Shown here: positions 36,319-48,442 of the stretch, piece after piece
Position numbering within the stretch: position 1 is the first letter of the stretch
Layout of the letters: the number at the start of each line of letters is the position of its first letter
NCBI GenBank assembly: GCA_963833095.1
Contig: CAWHWQ010000003.1
Coordinates: 96,001-160,000, forward strand
Direction: 5' to 3'
Origin: Vulcanimicrobiota bacterium
GTDB lineage: Bacteria; Vulcanimicrobiota; Vulcanimicrobiia; Vulcanimicrobiales; Vulcanimicrobiaceae
DNA: 64,000 bases
Position numbers and translations under genes: made by a program
Notes under the pieces: model-generated
What the model was told of the DNA's origin: nothing
Databases searched by the model: none
Seen by the model: the letters and a program-made list of their open reading frames with translations, nothing else

Positions 36319-37410
36319 TTATTGTGCGGGCCGACGCGGCGCGCATCCTTCGCGCGATTCGATCAACATGGCATCGCCAAATGAAAAGAAGCGGTATCGC
36401 TGTGCCACGGCCTCGTCATACGCGGCGAGTATCCGCTCGCGCCCGGCAAACGCGCTGACCAGTACGAGCAGCGTCGATTGCGGGAGGTGAAAATTGGTAA
36501 TCATCGCGTCAACCACGGCAAAGCGAAATCCCGGCGTGATAAAAAGCGATGTGGTCCCCTCTCCGGGCAGCAGGCGCCCGTGGGCCGCGGCGTTGCCCTC
36601 GAGTGCGCGAACGACCGTGGTGCCGGCTGCAATGACGCGTCCTCCTCCCTGGCGCGCGCTTTCAATTGCCTGGATCGCATCACGATCGATCGCGTAGCGC
36701 TCTGCGTGCATTACGTGTTCGTCAAGCCGCGCGGTCTTCATCGGCCGGAACGTCCCAAGGCCCACATCGAGGGTGAGCTGGGCGATAGTCGCGCCGGCCT
36801 GCTCGATTTGGGTAAGAAGCTCGTTTGTAAAGTGCAGCGACGCAGTCGGTGCGGCAACGCTTCCCGGGTCGCGTGCGAAAACCGTTTGATATCTGGCTTG
36901 GGCCTCGTCCGAATCATTGTGAATGTACGGAGGAAGTGGTAGTCGTCCGGCGCGTTCCAAAAAGTGCTCGAACGGTTCGTTGAGCTCGAACTCGAGGTCG
37001 CGCAAGCCCTCGTCGCCTTCGCCAACGACGCGCGCTCGAGCGCGCTCGTCAAAGCGAATGAGCGAACCCGTTCGAAGGCGCCGTGCGGGCCGGAGCAACG
37101 CGGTCCAGCGCGTAGCGGCGGAATCGTACCGCATCGAGTGCGCGGGATGCAGGAGCAGCACCTCAGCCGCGCCGCCGCTGGGTTCGCGCGTGCCCCACAG
37201 GCGCGCCGCGATCACGCGGGTGCGATTGAGCACGAGCACATCGCCGGGACGCACGAGCTCGGGCAGCTCTGAGAAGATGCGGTGCTCGATTCGCTGCGGC
37301 CCGAGCACCATCAGACGGCTCCCGTCGCGCTTTGGAGCGGGATGCTGCGCGATGAGTTCGCTTGGGAGCTTGAAATCGTAGGCGGAGGCGAACTCCTCGG
37401 GTGAGCTCAC
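36319..37410 (-). CDS. queA: S-adenosylmethionine:tRNA ribosyltransferase-isomerase
   Basis: LPSELIAQHP, LPLPPYI, RYQTVFA..PGSVAAPTASLHF, TNFHLPQSTL, YRFFSFGDAM. Confidence 0.96.
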   Translation of the reverse strand: MSSPEEFASAYDFKLPSELIAQHPAPKRDGSRLMVLGPQRIEHRIFSELPELVRPGDVLVLNRTRVIAARLWGTREPSGGAAEVLLLHPAHSMRYDSAATRWTALLRPARRLRTGSLIRFDERARARVVGEGDEGLRDLEFELNEPFEHFLERAGRLPLPPYIHNDSDEAQARYQTVFARDPGSVAAPTASLHFTNELLTQIEQAGATIAQLTLDVGLGTFRPMKTARLDEHVMHAERYAIDRDAIQAIESARQGGGRVIAAGTTVVRALEGNAAAHGRLLPGEGTTSLFITPGFRFAVVDAMITNFHLPQSTLLVLVSAFAGRERILAAYDEAVAQRYRFFSFGDAMLIESREGCAPRRPAQ

Positions 37411-37787
37411 TACGTGGTTAAGCGCTGCCGTTCGAGTTCCAAGAAGTTCGTAAGACGCTTGCGCTCTTCTTCGGTCGCATCGATGAAGAGGATTCCGACT
37501 TGATAGTTCTCTGCTTGGAACGCGCGAATCCAGCGCACCTGTCCACGCAAGGTCAGAAACGGATTGCGCTTCATCGTAAACGTGTACTTTGTGCCCACCG
37601 CAAGATACTGATCGGCGATGATCCGCATGCCGGTCGGCGAAATATCCGCAACCGCCCCGCGAAACAGCATCGAGGAGAGCGGGTCTTCGACAACGACGTC
37701 GATGTATTTACGCAAGCGAAGCGCGTACCGCTTGTCGCTATTTGCGTCCTCTTCTCCGGCGGGTTTATTCGTCGGCCCGTCAGTCAT
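37410..37787 (-). CDS. Single-domain PilZ protein
   Basis: RYALR (RxxxR) and DISPTG (DxSxxG); GQVRW..VGILF. Confidence 0.82.
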   Translation of the reverse strand: MTDGPTNKPAGEEDANSDKRYALRLRKYIDVVVEDPLSSMLFRGAVADISPTGMRIIADQYLAVGTKYTFTMKRNPFLTLRGQVRWIRAFQAENYQVGILFIDATEEERKRLTNFLELERQRLTT

Positions 37788-38787
37788 GCTCGATCTCGGT
37801 TCCCGGAAAATAGAAATGCAGAATGTCGCTAAACGAAGCACCCTCGATCGCCTGGCCACGTGCACCCCATTGGCACAGCCCGACGCCGTGGCCTAGTCCA
37901 CCCCCTTCGATGACGATACTCTCCGGCGCCTCCGTGCTGGGTTCGAATTTCGTAATCAGCAGGCTTGGAAGCGCGCGCGAGCCGACGCGCAATCGAAACG
38001 TACTCCCCTTGACCGGTATTGTGCCGTGCTGACCCTGCAGGATAAAACCGCGGATCCGTCCGCTGCTATCCACTCCCGCTTCGGTAAGTGCTTGCAAGGG
38101 GGCGACCGGCTGTAACTCGCTCGAAAATGCTCGTGCGACCTGCGATACCTCGAGTTCACGATTCCATCGATAGTAGGGCGAATCGGTGCACGTCGTGCAG
38201 ACGACGCCGCCTAAATACGAAATGGGCGCGCCGCCCCAGGCATCGTGCGACGCCTCGGTGTGCCCACCGCAGCACGAACTGTACATCGCCTGCGCAAAAC
38301 CCGCTCCAAATCGCAGGACCATGCCGGCGCTCGCGTCGACGGCAGCGCGCCCCTGCGGGCTTTCCGTCGCGACACCGGTGTAGATCTGATCGAGTTCCGA
38401 CGGGACGACGTCATACGCGCGCTGCGGATTACTGCGTTGCAACACGTAGGTGCGCGCACATACCGCTTGCGCTTCGAGCGCGGCGGCGGGCCACGATGGC
38501 GACATCTCATGCGGAACGACGCTGTAGAGATACTCCTCGAGCGAGAGCGTGTTGACGACGCTCCCATCTGTCAACTGCAAGGCGTTTCCGCGATAGTCGC
38601 GTCCGTTAAAGGTGAAGCCGCCGCCCGCTCGCGGCGCAACCGTGCCGCGTCCAAGGAGGACCCGAAGCTGCGCGGTGGCCGCGTTCATCGCAGGGTCATT
38701 TTGATCTTGTACGGCAGCATCCGCGCGTGCTCGCGCGCTCGCAGCGGCGGCGAGCGCGAGCGCGACAAACGCGCCCCGTGTCATCAC
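37780..38787 (-). CDS. SpoIID/LytB domain protein (lytic transglycosylase-like)
   Basis: VNTLSLEEYLYSVVPHEM..SWP..ALEAQAVCARTY, YSSCCGGHTE, GLGHGVGLCQWGA, ILHFYFPG. Confidence 0.9.
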   Translation of the reverse strand: MMTRGAFVALALAAAASARARADAAVQDQNDPAMNAATAQLRVLLGRGTVAPRAGGGFTFNGRDYRGNALQLTDGSVVNTLSLEEYLYSVVPHEMSPSWPAAALEAQAVCARTYVLQRSNPQRAYDVVPSELDQIYTGVATESPQGRAAVDASAGMVLRFGAGFAQAMYSSCCGGHTEASHDAWGGAPISYLGGVVCTTCTDSPYYRWNRELEVSQVARAFSSELQPVAPLQALTEAGVDSSGRIRGFILQGQHGTIPVKGSTFRLRVGSRALPSLLITKFEPSTEAPESIVIEGGGLGHGVGLCQWGARGQAIEGASFSDILHFYFPGTEIEHD

Positions 38788-39842
38788 AAGAGCCGATCCT
38801 CGTGGCGCGGTGCAATCGTACCGAGATGACGGTATGCCGATTCGGTCGCCTTGCGACCGCTCGCCGTGCGCACGACGAAGCCTGCCTTGAGCAGATAGGG
38901 CTCAACCACATCTTCGAGCGTCTGGATATCTTCGTTAAGTGTTGCGGCAATCGCGGCGATACCAGCGGGTCCGCCGCGATACGACTCAATCAGCGCTTTT
39001 AAGAACGCTCGATCCATCCGATCGAGTCCCAGCTCATCCACTCCCTCACGCGCTAGCGCTTCCTGCGCCACGGCGCTGGTAATCGCTCCACTTGCGCGGA
39101 CGTCGGCGAAGTCACGAACGCGGCGCAAAAGCCGGTTCGCAAGGCGCGGCGTCCCGCGGCTGCGCGCGGCGATGGTGCGGGCACCTTCTTGATCGAGCTG
39201 CGCTCCGAGCAACTGCGCCGAGCGCGTGACAATTCGTTCTAAGTCCGCTGGCTCGTAGTAGTCGAGGTGATGCACGATTCCGAAGCGGTCACGAAGCGGT
39301 GCACTCAACATTCCGGCGCGCGTCGTCGCGCCGACGAGCGTGAAGCGCTTGAGCGGCAATTTGATGGTCTTGGCGTAGGCGCCGCGATCGACCACAAAAT
39401 CGATCTGGAAATCCTCCATCGCCGGATAGAGAAATTCCTCGACGACGCGGCCCAGTCGATGGATCTCGTCGATGAACAGGACGTCACCCTCCTCGAGCGA
39501 CGTCAAGATGCCGACGAGATCCTTGGGTTTTTCCAACGTTGGTCCGCTAGTCGGACGAAAGTTCGCGCCCATTTCACGCGCGACCAGACCAGCAAGCGTC
39601 GTTTTCCCAAGCCCCGGAGGACCGTAGAGTAAGATATGTTCGAGCGGTTCACCTCGGCCGCGCGCCGCTTCGATGGCGATGCGAAGATTTTCGACGACCC
39701 GGTGTTGACCAACGTAGTCGTCGAAGGTACGGGGCCGCAGAGAAGCGCCGTAGACTTCGTCTTCGAGCGACCCCTCTGGTGAGAGCAGCCGATCGGCCTG
39801 GTCTTCGCCGTTGTAGAGCGGCTTACGCCCCTCGTCACTCAT
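38784..39842 (-). CDS. ruvB: Holliday junction branch migration ATPase
   Basis: SLRPRTFDDYVGQ, GPPGLGKTTLA, FIDEIHRL, GATTRAG, SRGTPR, EPYL. Confidence 0.97.
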   Translation of the reverse strand: MSDEGRKPLYNGEDQADRLLSPEGSLEDEVYGASLRPRTFDDYVGQHRVVENLRIAIEAARGRGEPLEHILLYGPPGLGKTTLAGLVAREMGANFRPTSGPTLEKPKDLVGILTSLEEGDVLFIDEIHRLGRVVEEFLYPAMEDFQIDFVVDRGAYAKTIKLPLKRFTLVGATTRAGMLSAPLRDRFGIVHHLDYYEPADLERIVTRSAQLLGAQLDQEGARTIAARSRGTPRLANRLLRRVRDFADVRASGAITSAVAQEALAREGVDELGLDRMDRAFLKALIESYRGGPAGIAAIAATLNEDIQTLEDVVEPYLLKAGFVVRTASGRKATESAYRHLGTIAPRHEDRLL

Positions 39843-40459
39843 GTTTGCGCGGCCTTACGCCGGTAGATTTGCGCAAGCAAGATCTCGGCGTCGTTGATAT
39901 TCGGATCGCCCTCGAGCGTCTCGCGAACCATCGTCTCAGCTTCGGCGCGCTTGTATTCGAGTTGCAGAAGCACCAGGAGCGCCTCGCCCGCAAAATCCGG
40001 CATGGGAGCCGGAGCCGGAGGCAACGGATCTTGGATCAATAAAAAGCGCGCCACTTTACCCTGGAGCTTGGCCACGATATCGCGCGCCTTCTGTTGTCCG
40101 ATTCCCGGAAGCTTGCGTAAATAGATGTGATCACCACGGTCGATGGCACTCGCGATCGAGGACATCGGTTCGGAAAACGCGCGTGCGGCGGTTTTGGGAC
40201 CGATCGATGCGACGCTGATCAACGCCTCGAAAAACGTCCGCTCTATGGCGTTGGTGAATCCGTAGTAGGTTGCGCGCGCGCTATTGCCGTCGATATTGAG
40301 CGCAGCATAGATCTCGAGCGCGACGCGCTCGCCCGGCGCGGCCGTCACCTTGTCGGCGACGCAGGGTGGAAGCGTGATCTCGTAGCCCAATCCGGCCGCC
40401 TCGAGGACGACGTGCTCCCCGTCGCGTTCGACCAAGGTCCCGCTAATGCGCGAAAACAT
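39839..40459 (-). CDS. ruvA: Holliday junction branch migration protein
   Basis: GLGYEI, YYGF..ERTFFEALISVASIGPKTA, LPGIGQQKA. Confidence 0.92.
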   Translation of the reverse strand: MFSRISGTLVERDGEHVVLEAAGLGYEITLPPCVADKVTAAPGERVALEIYAALNIDGNSARATYYGFTNAIERTFFEALISVASIGPKTAARAFSEPMSSIASAIDRGDHIYLRKLPGIGQQKARDIVAKLQGKVARFLLIQDPLPPAPAPMPDFAGEALLVLLQLEYKRAEAETMVRETLEGDPNINDAEILLAQIYRRKAAQT

Positions 40460-40931
40460 GCTCGGACATATTGAGGTATGCAAGCGCAATCGCCAGCGCG
40501 TCGGAAACGTCGTTGGGTTTGGGCGCAACGCGCAACTTGAGCAATCGCGTCACCATTGCGTTCACTTGATCCTTGCTTGCGCTCCCCGAGCCGACCAAGG
40601 CGCGCTTGACGTGCGCATGACCGAGCGTCTGCACCGGAACACCTGCTTGCGCGCTGGCCAGACACATGACGCCCCGCGCGTGCCCCATCAAAATTGCCGT
40701 CATCGGATTCTTGTACGTCGTATAGAGCTCTTCGATGACGACCACGTCAGGTGTGGTCTGTGCGATCAGTGCGCTGATACCTTCGTGCAGGATCGCCAAG
40801 CGCCGTTCCAGCGGCCCGTTCGGCGTCGGGCTGACGACGCCGGCTTCGATCAGCGCAACGCTTTGCCCGCGCCGCTCGATTACTCCGTAGCCGGTGACGC
40901 GCAGCGCGGGATCGATTCCAAGAATACGCAC
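40443..40931 (-). CDS. ruvC: Crossover junction endodeoxyribonuclease
   Basis: RILGIDP..TGYGVI, IEE, GHARG, K..V..G.ASKDQV, DVSDALAIA. Confidence 0.95.
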   Translation of the reverse strand: MRILGIDPALRVTGYGVIERRGQSVALIEAGVVSPTPNGPLERRLAILHEGISALIAQTTPDVVVIEELYTTYKNPMTAILMGHARGVMCLASAQAGVPVQTLGHAHVKRALVGSGSASKDQVNAMVTRLLKLRVAPKPNDVSDALAIALAYLNMSEHVFAH

Positions 40932-40934
40932 CCG

Positions 40935-43015
40935 CTATTGTCCGGTGCCGTTGACGATGAGCGTCACCGTCGATCCCGGCGTGAGATTTTCGCCGACCGC
41001 CGGATCCGTGCGAATCACGTGTCCGTTCGCGCCTTCGCTCGTTGTATATTGAATTCTGCCGACCTGGTATCCGTCGCCGGCGAGCGTGTCTTGCGCTTGC
41101 TGTAATGTCTCGCCCTCGGTATCGGGCACCTGACCGTTGACCGAGAGGGTCAAGGTAACGCGTTTCCCGCTCGAAACTTGCGAACCGGGTGGCGGATCCT
41201 GATCGACGATCGTCCCGTTTTTGTCGGACTGCGTCGAAAACGTTATCGCCGGCTGGAATCCTAGCTGTTGCAGCTGCGCAACGGCTTGCACGTATGCGAC
41301 ACCGACGAGCGCGGGGACCGCGACGGCCTGCGCGTTTGTCGCAGGGCCGGTGCTCACGGTTACGTGAATGATTCCTCCACGCTGCATCGCGGTGCCGGGG
41401 AGTACATCCTGCGCCTTAATGACGCCGCTTGCGACGTTGGGATCCGACGCTTGCTGCGATGTGTCGAGGGTGATCCCGAGCTTCGACGCCACCGCCTGCG
41501 CGTCGGTGGCCGCCATGTTGACGAAATTCGGTGCGGCAATCGATTGCGGACCCTTCGACACCGTGAGCGCGATGACGGCGCCCTTACGAGCTTGCGAGCG
41601 CGCTGCCGGGCTCTGGTCGATGACGCTATCCTTGGCCGCGTTATCGAAGCGGTCGGTGCGCTTTACTTTGAAGCCGTCGTACTCGAGCGTGCGCTGAGCG
41701 TCGCTGACATTGTACCCACGCACGTCGGGCAATCCCACCAACGGTAGACCGTTGCTGATGACGAGTTCGACGAGCGCGTTGCGATCAACCTTAGTGCCGG
41801 CTTGCGGGTTTTGACGAATCACCCGGTTGGCGGCCACGGTATCGCTTGCGCTTTTGATGAAGCGTGCGACGAGACCGGCATTGACGACGGCCGCCTCGGC
41901 TTGTGTGTCCGTCATGTTCGTGTAGTCACCGACGGTTACCGACGAAGCAACGCTGGGCAGGCTAAGAGGGTGTCCAAAGATGACGTACCCGATGCCGGTT
42001 GCGGCGACCGCGAGCAGCACGAAGGTAAGAACTAATCCCGCTCCCCAGCGCGAACGCCGCTCTTCTTCTTCGCCCAACGAGCTATAGGCCCGGTCAGGTA
42101 ATGGCGAGCGGCGCGGCGGCAGCACGCTATGCATCATCTGCGTCGGCGCGTCGTCGGCGATGCTGATACGCGGGAACGGTGGGGCGCTCGCGCGCCTCGC
42201 GCAGCGCGGTCGCGAGCTTCACTCGCGGATTGAAAGCGATTCTCCGGACGTCTTTTGCAGGAGTTTGTTCACGATCGCGGCGAGCGCCGGGCTAACGCCG
42301 GAGGTCTCGCGTATCGAGCACGGGTACTGGATCGCCGATGTGTTTGAGCGCGACCGTTACGGGCGATTCCCCTGTATACGGGAGAGCTTGCCGGTGAGCA
42401 TCTGGTAGAGCACGATGCCGACGCTGTAGAGATCGGAACGTCTCGTGCAGTTCGTGACCCTGCGCCTGCTCCGGCGAAATGTAATACACGCTGCCCATCA
42501 CGAGGCCGGGCTTGGTGAGCGCCATCGTCTGCTGCGAAACCGCGCGCGCGATGCCGAAGTCGGAGAGCTTGACGACGTCGTCTTTGGTGACCAGGATGTT
42601 GGCCGGCTTGATATCGCGATGCAGCAGGCCGGCGCGATGCGCGTAAGCAAGGCCGTTGCAGATCTGCGCCGCGTAGTCGATCGCGACCGGTTCGGGCAAC
42701 GGCCCGTCGGCCGCGATGATCTCGGCCAGCGATGGACCGTCGACGAGCTCCATCACGATGTAGTACGTTTCGCCTTCGCGGCCGACGTCGTAGGTGTTGA
42801 CGATGTTGGGGTGCGACAAGCTTGGCGGCCGATTCGGCTTCTTGATAGAAGCGGCGCACGAACTCTTCGTCGGCGGCGTACTGCTCGCGAAGCACCTTGA
42901 TCGCGACGCGGCGGCGCAGCACCGTATCGGTGCCGCAGTAGACCGTCGCCATGCCGCCTTCGCCGAGCTTGCGGTCGAGACGGTAACGATTATTGAAGAT
43001 CTGCTGTTCGATCAG
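40935..43015 (-). CDS. pknB: Stk1/PknB Ser/Thr kinase with multiple PASTA domains; frameshifted in the kinase half; start approximate
   Basis: LGEGGMATVY, VAIKVL, HPNIV, HRDIKPANIL, DFGIA, YISPEQA; TM followed by PASTA repeats in ORF 40935-42137. Confidence 0.9.
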
Positions 43016-43069
43016 TGCGAGTACTCGTTTCTCGTGCCGCAGGTGTTTCCTGCATACACCTGGTCGCTG

Positions 43070-44483
43070 TCAGGTGTAGCGAGCGCGGTTCGAGCACATC
43101 GCGTGCGATCGGCGCGGCGACGTCCGCGCCGTAGCCGGCATTCTCAACGACGATCGCAACGCGAAGCGCGGATGGTCCGCCGGCGCGAAACACGACGAAC
43201 CACGAGTGCGCGGGTCCGAGCGGATTGGTTGCGGTTCCGGTCTTGCCGGCAACGTTGCACGCGCGAGATCTGTGCGGTCGTCCCGGTACCACGCTGTACG
43301 ACGGCGATCATCATCTTCGTCACGTTCGCGGCGGTTCGCGCCGAAATCGGCGATTGCGAGCGTTGCCCGGAGGCGTAGACGCTCGCCACGCTGCCGTCGC
43401 GCACGATCTGGCGCACGATGTACGGTCGCGGCATCGTGCCGTCATTTGCGATGGTCGCGTCGATCAGGGCCATCTGCAGCGGCGTCACAGCAGCGCGCCC
43501 TGCCCAAAGCCCATTTGCGCGAGCTCGCCGGGCACGATCGTGTCTTTGGGAGGAACGCGGTCGGGCTCGGCCGGCAGCTGGAAGTCCAGCGGTTCGCCGA
43601 TGCCCCAGCGCTCGAGATAGTCGTAGAATGTGATCGACGCCCATCTTCAGCGCGATCTGCGCGAAGTCGACGTTGCTCGAAAGCGCGAATGCGCCGGTGA
43701 GATCGGCATAGCCGGTAGCTTCGCTCTCGTTATTGTGCAGCGTGAAGTTGCCGATGTGAAAATAGCCGGGATCTTCGAAGTGCGAATCCATCGTGACGGT
43801 GCCGGCTTCGAGCGCCGAACCGGCCGTAAAGATTTGAAGCGTCGAACCCGGTGGATAGAGTCCGTCGAGCGCGCGATCGAGCAGCGGGCTCTGCCGGTCG
43901 GCGACTGAGCGACTGGAATTTCGCATCGAGCTCGTTGGGGTCGTAGCTGGGCACGCTGGCAATCGCCGAGCACGGCGCCCGTGCGCGGATCGAGCACGAC
44001 GCCGGCGCCGCGCGCATGTTGCGAGAGCTGATCCGCACAGCGTTCGTTCTGATCGCCGGCACGATCGTGGTAACCACGTCGGCGCCATGCGACTGCAGAG
44101 CGGCTTTCCGTCAAACGCACTGAGAATCTCATCGAACTGCGTGACCGGATCGCCGGTGGTGTCGGCCGGCGTGAGCGCGCGGTCGTAGGCGTCTTCGATG
44201 CCGCTCGTGCCGTAACGCGCGGAGACATACCCGACAGTCTGCGCGAGCGCGGGGCCAAGTGGATAGCCGCGCTTGCCCGTCGACGGTTTGCGCGAGCACC
44301 GACCCGTCGGTCGCGAGAATCCGCCCGCGGTGGCGTCGAGCAAGCGCGTGGCGCGGGATTATCGGGCTTCGACGGCGATGTCGGCGCCGGCGACGAGCAT
44401 GCACGTATGCCTGCGCGGATGCGAGAATCGCGAACAAGCATACGAAAAACATCGCACAGCCGTCCGATCGCGCGATTGGTCAC
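43070..44483 (-). CDS. Class B penicillin-binding protein (PbpA-like); multiple frameshifts
   Basis: RGRILATDG, YGTSGIE, LDPRTGAV..SVPSYDPN, YPPGST, SSN, TPLQMA, AGKTGTA across frames. Confidence 0.85.
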
Positions 44484-45219
44484 CGCTCGCGCAGAACCGT
44501 GAATCCGCCGCCGGAACTGCACGGCGATATGGGCCGGCCCGGCATCGGCAGCAAGCAGCACGTTGATCATCGCGTGCGCCGTTTCCTCGGCGATCTCGCC
44601 GGCTGCGAGGACGACTTCGACGCTCATTTCGCTCGAGGAGCGGCGGCGCGACGTACGCGCACGAGGGTAGCGTTTCGAAATGCCGTTCTTCGTAGGGGCC
44701 GTTGCGCCACGGGCCGCGTTTTCCGAAGACCTGCGCGTGATAATCCCACGCGCAGAGCTGCTTCTCTTTCCACACGAATTCGTCGCGCACGCATAATCGG
44801 CGGCACACGGCGCATTGCACGATCGGTCCCGGCGGATGCGCGAGACCGTCGGCGATTTCTTCGGGTACGTCCTCGATGTTGAGGACGCGCTTCAGTCCGA
44901 GAGTGCTTCGGGCAGTCAGCGTCCCACTGAACGCGCGCGAGCAATTCGATGTCGCGCATCGGACGCGACGAATGCTCGCTCGTCTTCAGGGGGAAAGGTG
45001 CGATCGACCCAATCGAAGAGGCCTGCCAGCGCAATGCCGACGTTCTGCCAGGTCTCGCCGATCACCACGCCGACCGGCGTCCACGCGAGCGGAACGAGAC
45101 GCGCGGTGATGGCTCCGCCTTCGGTACGAAAACTGTTGATGAACGCCAAGCGTGCTGCCGTTACCGCCCAGCACGAAGACGCGCGGCTCGTCGCTCGAGC
45201 TCGAGGATTCGATCGTCAC
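44480..45219 (-). CDS. Hypothetical protein with a CxxCxxxC...CxxxxH putative Zn site; frameshifted
   Basis: Fragments in several frames (FINSFRTEGG..WQNVGIAL..FDWVDRTFP; QCAVCRRLCVRDEFVWKEKQLCAWDYH; MSVEVVL) bounded by GTGA overlaps with carB and the PBP gene. Confidence 0.5.
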
Positions 45220-48200
45220 TGCCGCGCTGCGATACTCTTGCAGACTCCGAGGCGGCCCCGCCGTGCTTGCGAGTGCCTCCGCGAGGGCCCGGGCCGTATC
45301 CAGACTGGTCAAACACGCAATACTCGCTTCGACCGCGGCGCGGCGAATCTTGTAGTTATCGGAGATTTCCCGCGGCCCTTGGGCATCGTTGATGACCAGG
45401 TCGACACTGCGCTGTCGCGATCACGTCGAGCACGTGCGGCGAACCATCGGCGATTTTGTTGATCGCTTCGCACACGATGCCCGCTGCTTCGAGCACAGTG
45501 CGCGTTCCGGGCGTTGCGACGATCGTGAATCCGAGATCCGCGTAACGACGCAGCACGGGAACCGCCGCCTCCTTCTCCTCGTCGGCAATCGAGACAAGGA
45601 TGCGGCCGCCCGTGCCCGGCAGGCGTACGCCGGCACCGACGAAGCCCTTACGCAAAGCGCCCGCAAAGGTGTCATCGATCCCAAGCACTTCGCCGGTAGA
45701 TTTCATCTCCGGTCCAAGGATCGTTTCGACGCCGCGCATCTTCGAGAACGAAAATACCGGAACTTTGACGACGACGTAAGGCGTGCGCGGATGAAGCCCG
45801 ATGCCGTACTCCATATCGCGCAACCGTTCGCCGAGCGCGATGCGGGTCGCCGCGGCGACGATATTGACGCCCGTGGCCTTCTGAATGATCGGCACGGTTC
45901 GGCTCGCGCGCGGATTGGCCTCGATGATGTAGAGGTCGCCTTCGTGGACCACGAATTGAATGTTGATCAGTCCACGGATTTCCGAGCTCGCGAGCGATCG
46001 CGGTGGTGACGTCGACGATACGCCGTTCCATAGCCTCGTCGATGGTTTGCGTCGGGTAGACACTAATCGAATCGCCTGAGTGAATGCCGGCCCGTTCGAT
46101 GTGTTCGAAGATGCCCGGGATCAGAATGTCCTCGCCGTCGAACACGGCGTCGACCTCTACCTCCAGACCGCGCAGATACTTATCGACCAGCAATGGAGCG
46201 CCGGGCAGAATCGGCGGCGCCGACTCGGCATATGAGGCGAGCTGGCCTTCATTATAAATGATCTCCATCGCGCGCCCACCCAACACGAAGCTTGGGCGCA
46301 CGAGCACGGGAAATCCGAGCTCGCGCGCAAAAGCGCGCGCTTCGCGGAAGCTCGTGGCAGCCTTGCCCTCGGGCCGGGCCACCCCAAGACGCGAGAGCGC
46401 CGCATCGAACTGCGCGCGGTCCTCGGCCATATCAAGGCTCGCGCGATCGCTGCCGATGATCCGCACGCCGCGCGCCTCGAGCTCGTTGGCAAGATTGATC
46501 GCGGTCTGCCCGCCGAAAGCGAGCATAACACCGCCTGCGTGGGTTGCGCGGTACGCAGCTTCGACCTCGTCGGCACCCGGCGGCTCGAATATCAGCGCAT
46601 CCGAGACGTCAAAGTCGGTCGACACGGTTTCGGGATTATTGTTGACGATGACCGCGGATTTGCCGGCCGCGCGCAGCGCCCACGCCGCATGCACGCAGCT
46701 ATAGTCGAACTCGATGCCCTGGCCGATGCGAATCGGCCCGCTGCCGACGACGACCACGGCCTCGCACGGCGTCGGGCGCATCTCATTCATCTCGCCGCGC
46801 GAGAGATAATAGTAGGGCGAACGCGCGGGAAATTCCGCCGCTGCCGTATCCACCATCCGAAAACTTGGTTCGAGCTGACCAGGGCGAGCGAGCGGAGCGA
46901 GCTGCTCGTCGTCGACGATGTCGGCAAATTGGTAGAGCCAAAAACGATCGATCGCCGAGTTGGCGTGAATTCGCTCGACGCATGCATCCCGTCCGGCGGT
47001 CCCCGCTCGGCGAATGAGTTCGGCGACCGCGAAGAGCCGCTCGTGTGTGGGCCGCGCGACGATCGCCTCGAGTTCGCCGTCAGTCCATTCTTCGTACTCA
47101 CCCCCCGTGAGGCGTTCGCGCTTGACGTCGAGTCCGCGCACGGCCTTCATCAACGCGTCCCGAAACGTTCGGCCGATACCCATGGCCTCGCCAGTCGATT
47201 TCATCTGCGTGCCCAGCAGCGTATCGGCGAGCGGAAACTTGTCGAACGGCCAGCGCGGGATCTTGACGACGCAATAGTCGAGCGTTGGCTCGTAGGCCGC
47301 CTTAGTTACGCCGGTGACGGGATTGGGAATCTCGTCGAGCGTCTGACCCAGCGCAATGCGCGTCGAGATCTTTGCAATCGGGTATCCCGTCGCTTTAGAA
47401 GCGAGCGCGGAACTGCGCGAGACGCGCGGGTTGACCTCGATGATGGCGTACTCATTGCTCGTGGGGTGGAGCGCGAATTGAATGTTACAGCCGCCCTGCA
47501 CGTTGAGCGAACGAATGACGTTGAGCGATGCGCTACGCAGCATCTGATAATCGAGATCCGAGAGCGTCTGCGACGGCGCGACGACGATCGAGTCGCCGGT
47601 GTGCACGCCCACCGGATCGATATTTTCCATGTTGCAGACGATGATGCAATTGTCTGCGCCGTCGCGCAGGACTTCGTACTCGATCTCTTTCCAGCCCAGG
47701 AGGGAGGTTTCGAGGAGCGCCTGATGGATCAGCGAGGCATTCAGTCCGGCATCGAGCCGTTCGCGCAGCTCGGCTTCGTTGTACACGACACCGCCGCCGG
47801 TGCCGCCGAGCGTATATGCCGGGCGCACGACCAACGGATAGCCGGAATTAGCCGCAAACGCAAGGCCCTGCTCGACTTCGGTAACGATCACGGATTCCGC
47901 AACCGGCTCGCCGATCTCCAGCATTTTCGCCTTGAATCGCTCGCGGTCTTCGGCCAGTTTGATGGTGTCGACCGGTGTGCCGAGCAATTCAACGCCGTAC
48001 CGCTCCAGAACGCCCGCATCGTCGAGTTCGACGGCAAGATTCAAGCCGGTCTGCCCGCCTAGGGTGGGCAAGAGCGCATCGGGGCGTTCGCGCGCAATGA
48101 TCGCTTCCACCGACGCGACGGTCAACGGCTCAAGGTAGACTGCGTCGGCGACCTCGGGATCGGTCATAATCGTCGCGGGATTGGAGTTGACGAGGACGAC

Positions 48201-48317
48201 GCGGTGGCCTTCCTCACGCAGCGCGCGGCACGCTTGAACGCCGGCATAGTCGAATTCCGCAGCCTGACCGATCACGATCGGACCGGAGCCAATCACGAGG
48301 ATGTTGCGGCGGGGCAT
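45216..48317 (-). CDS. carB: Carbamoyl-phosphate synthase large subunit; frameshifts near 45980 and in the last 200 bp
   Basis: [73 protein letters not shown] domain. Confidence 0.93.
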
Positions 48318-48442
48318 GCTGGGGAGAGGGGATTGGCGGAAGGACGGGCGAGTCCTCGACGATGGAAGTCGCAGGAGCCGCACGATGCGGCCGAACGTTC
48401 AGAGCACACGATGCGCGATCGGCCAAAGGCCGACTGAACCGT

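Noticed and set aside
46539..48062. Long antisense ORFs (507 aa here; also 779-1951 and 24379-25545)
   Set aside because: These are mostly shadow frames opposite well-supported genes, expected in GC-rich DNA, and carry no motifs of their own; only the start of 779-1951 is a real tricorn fragment.
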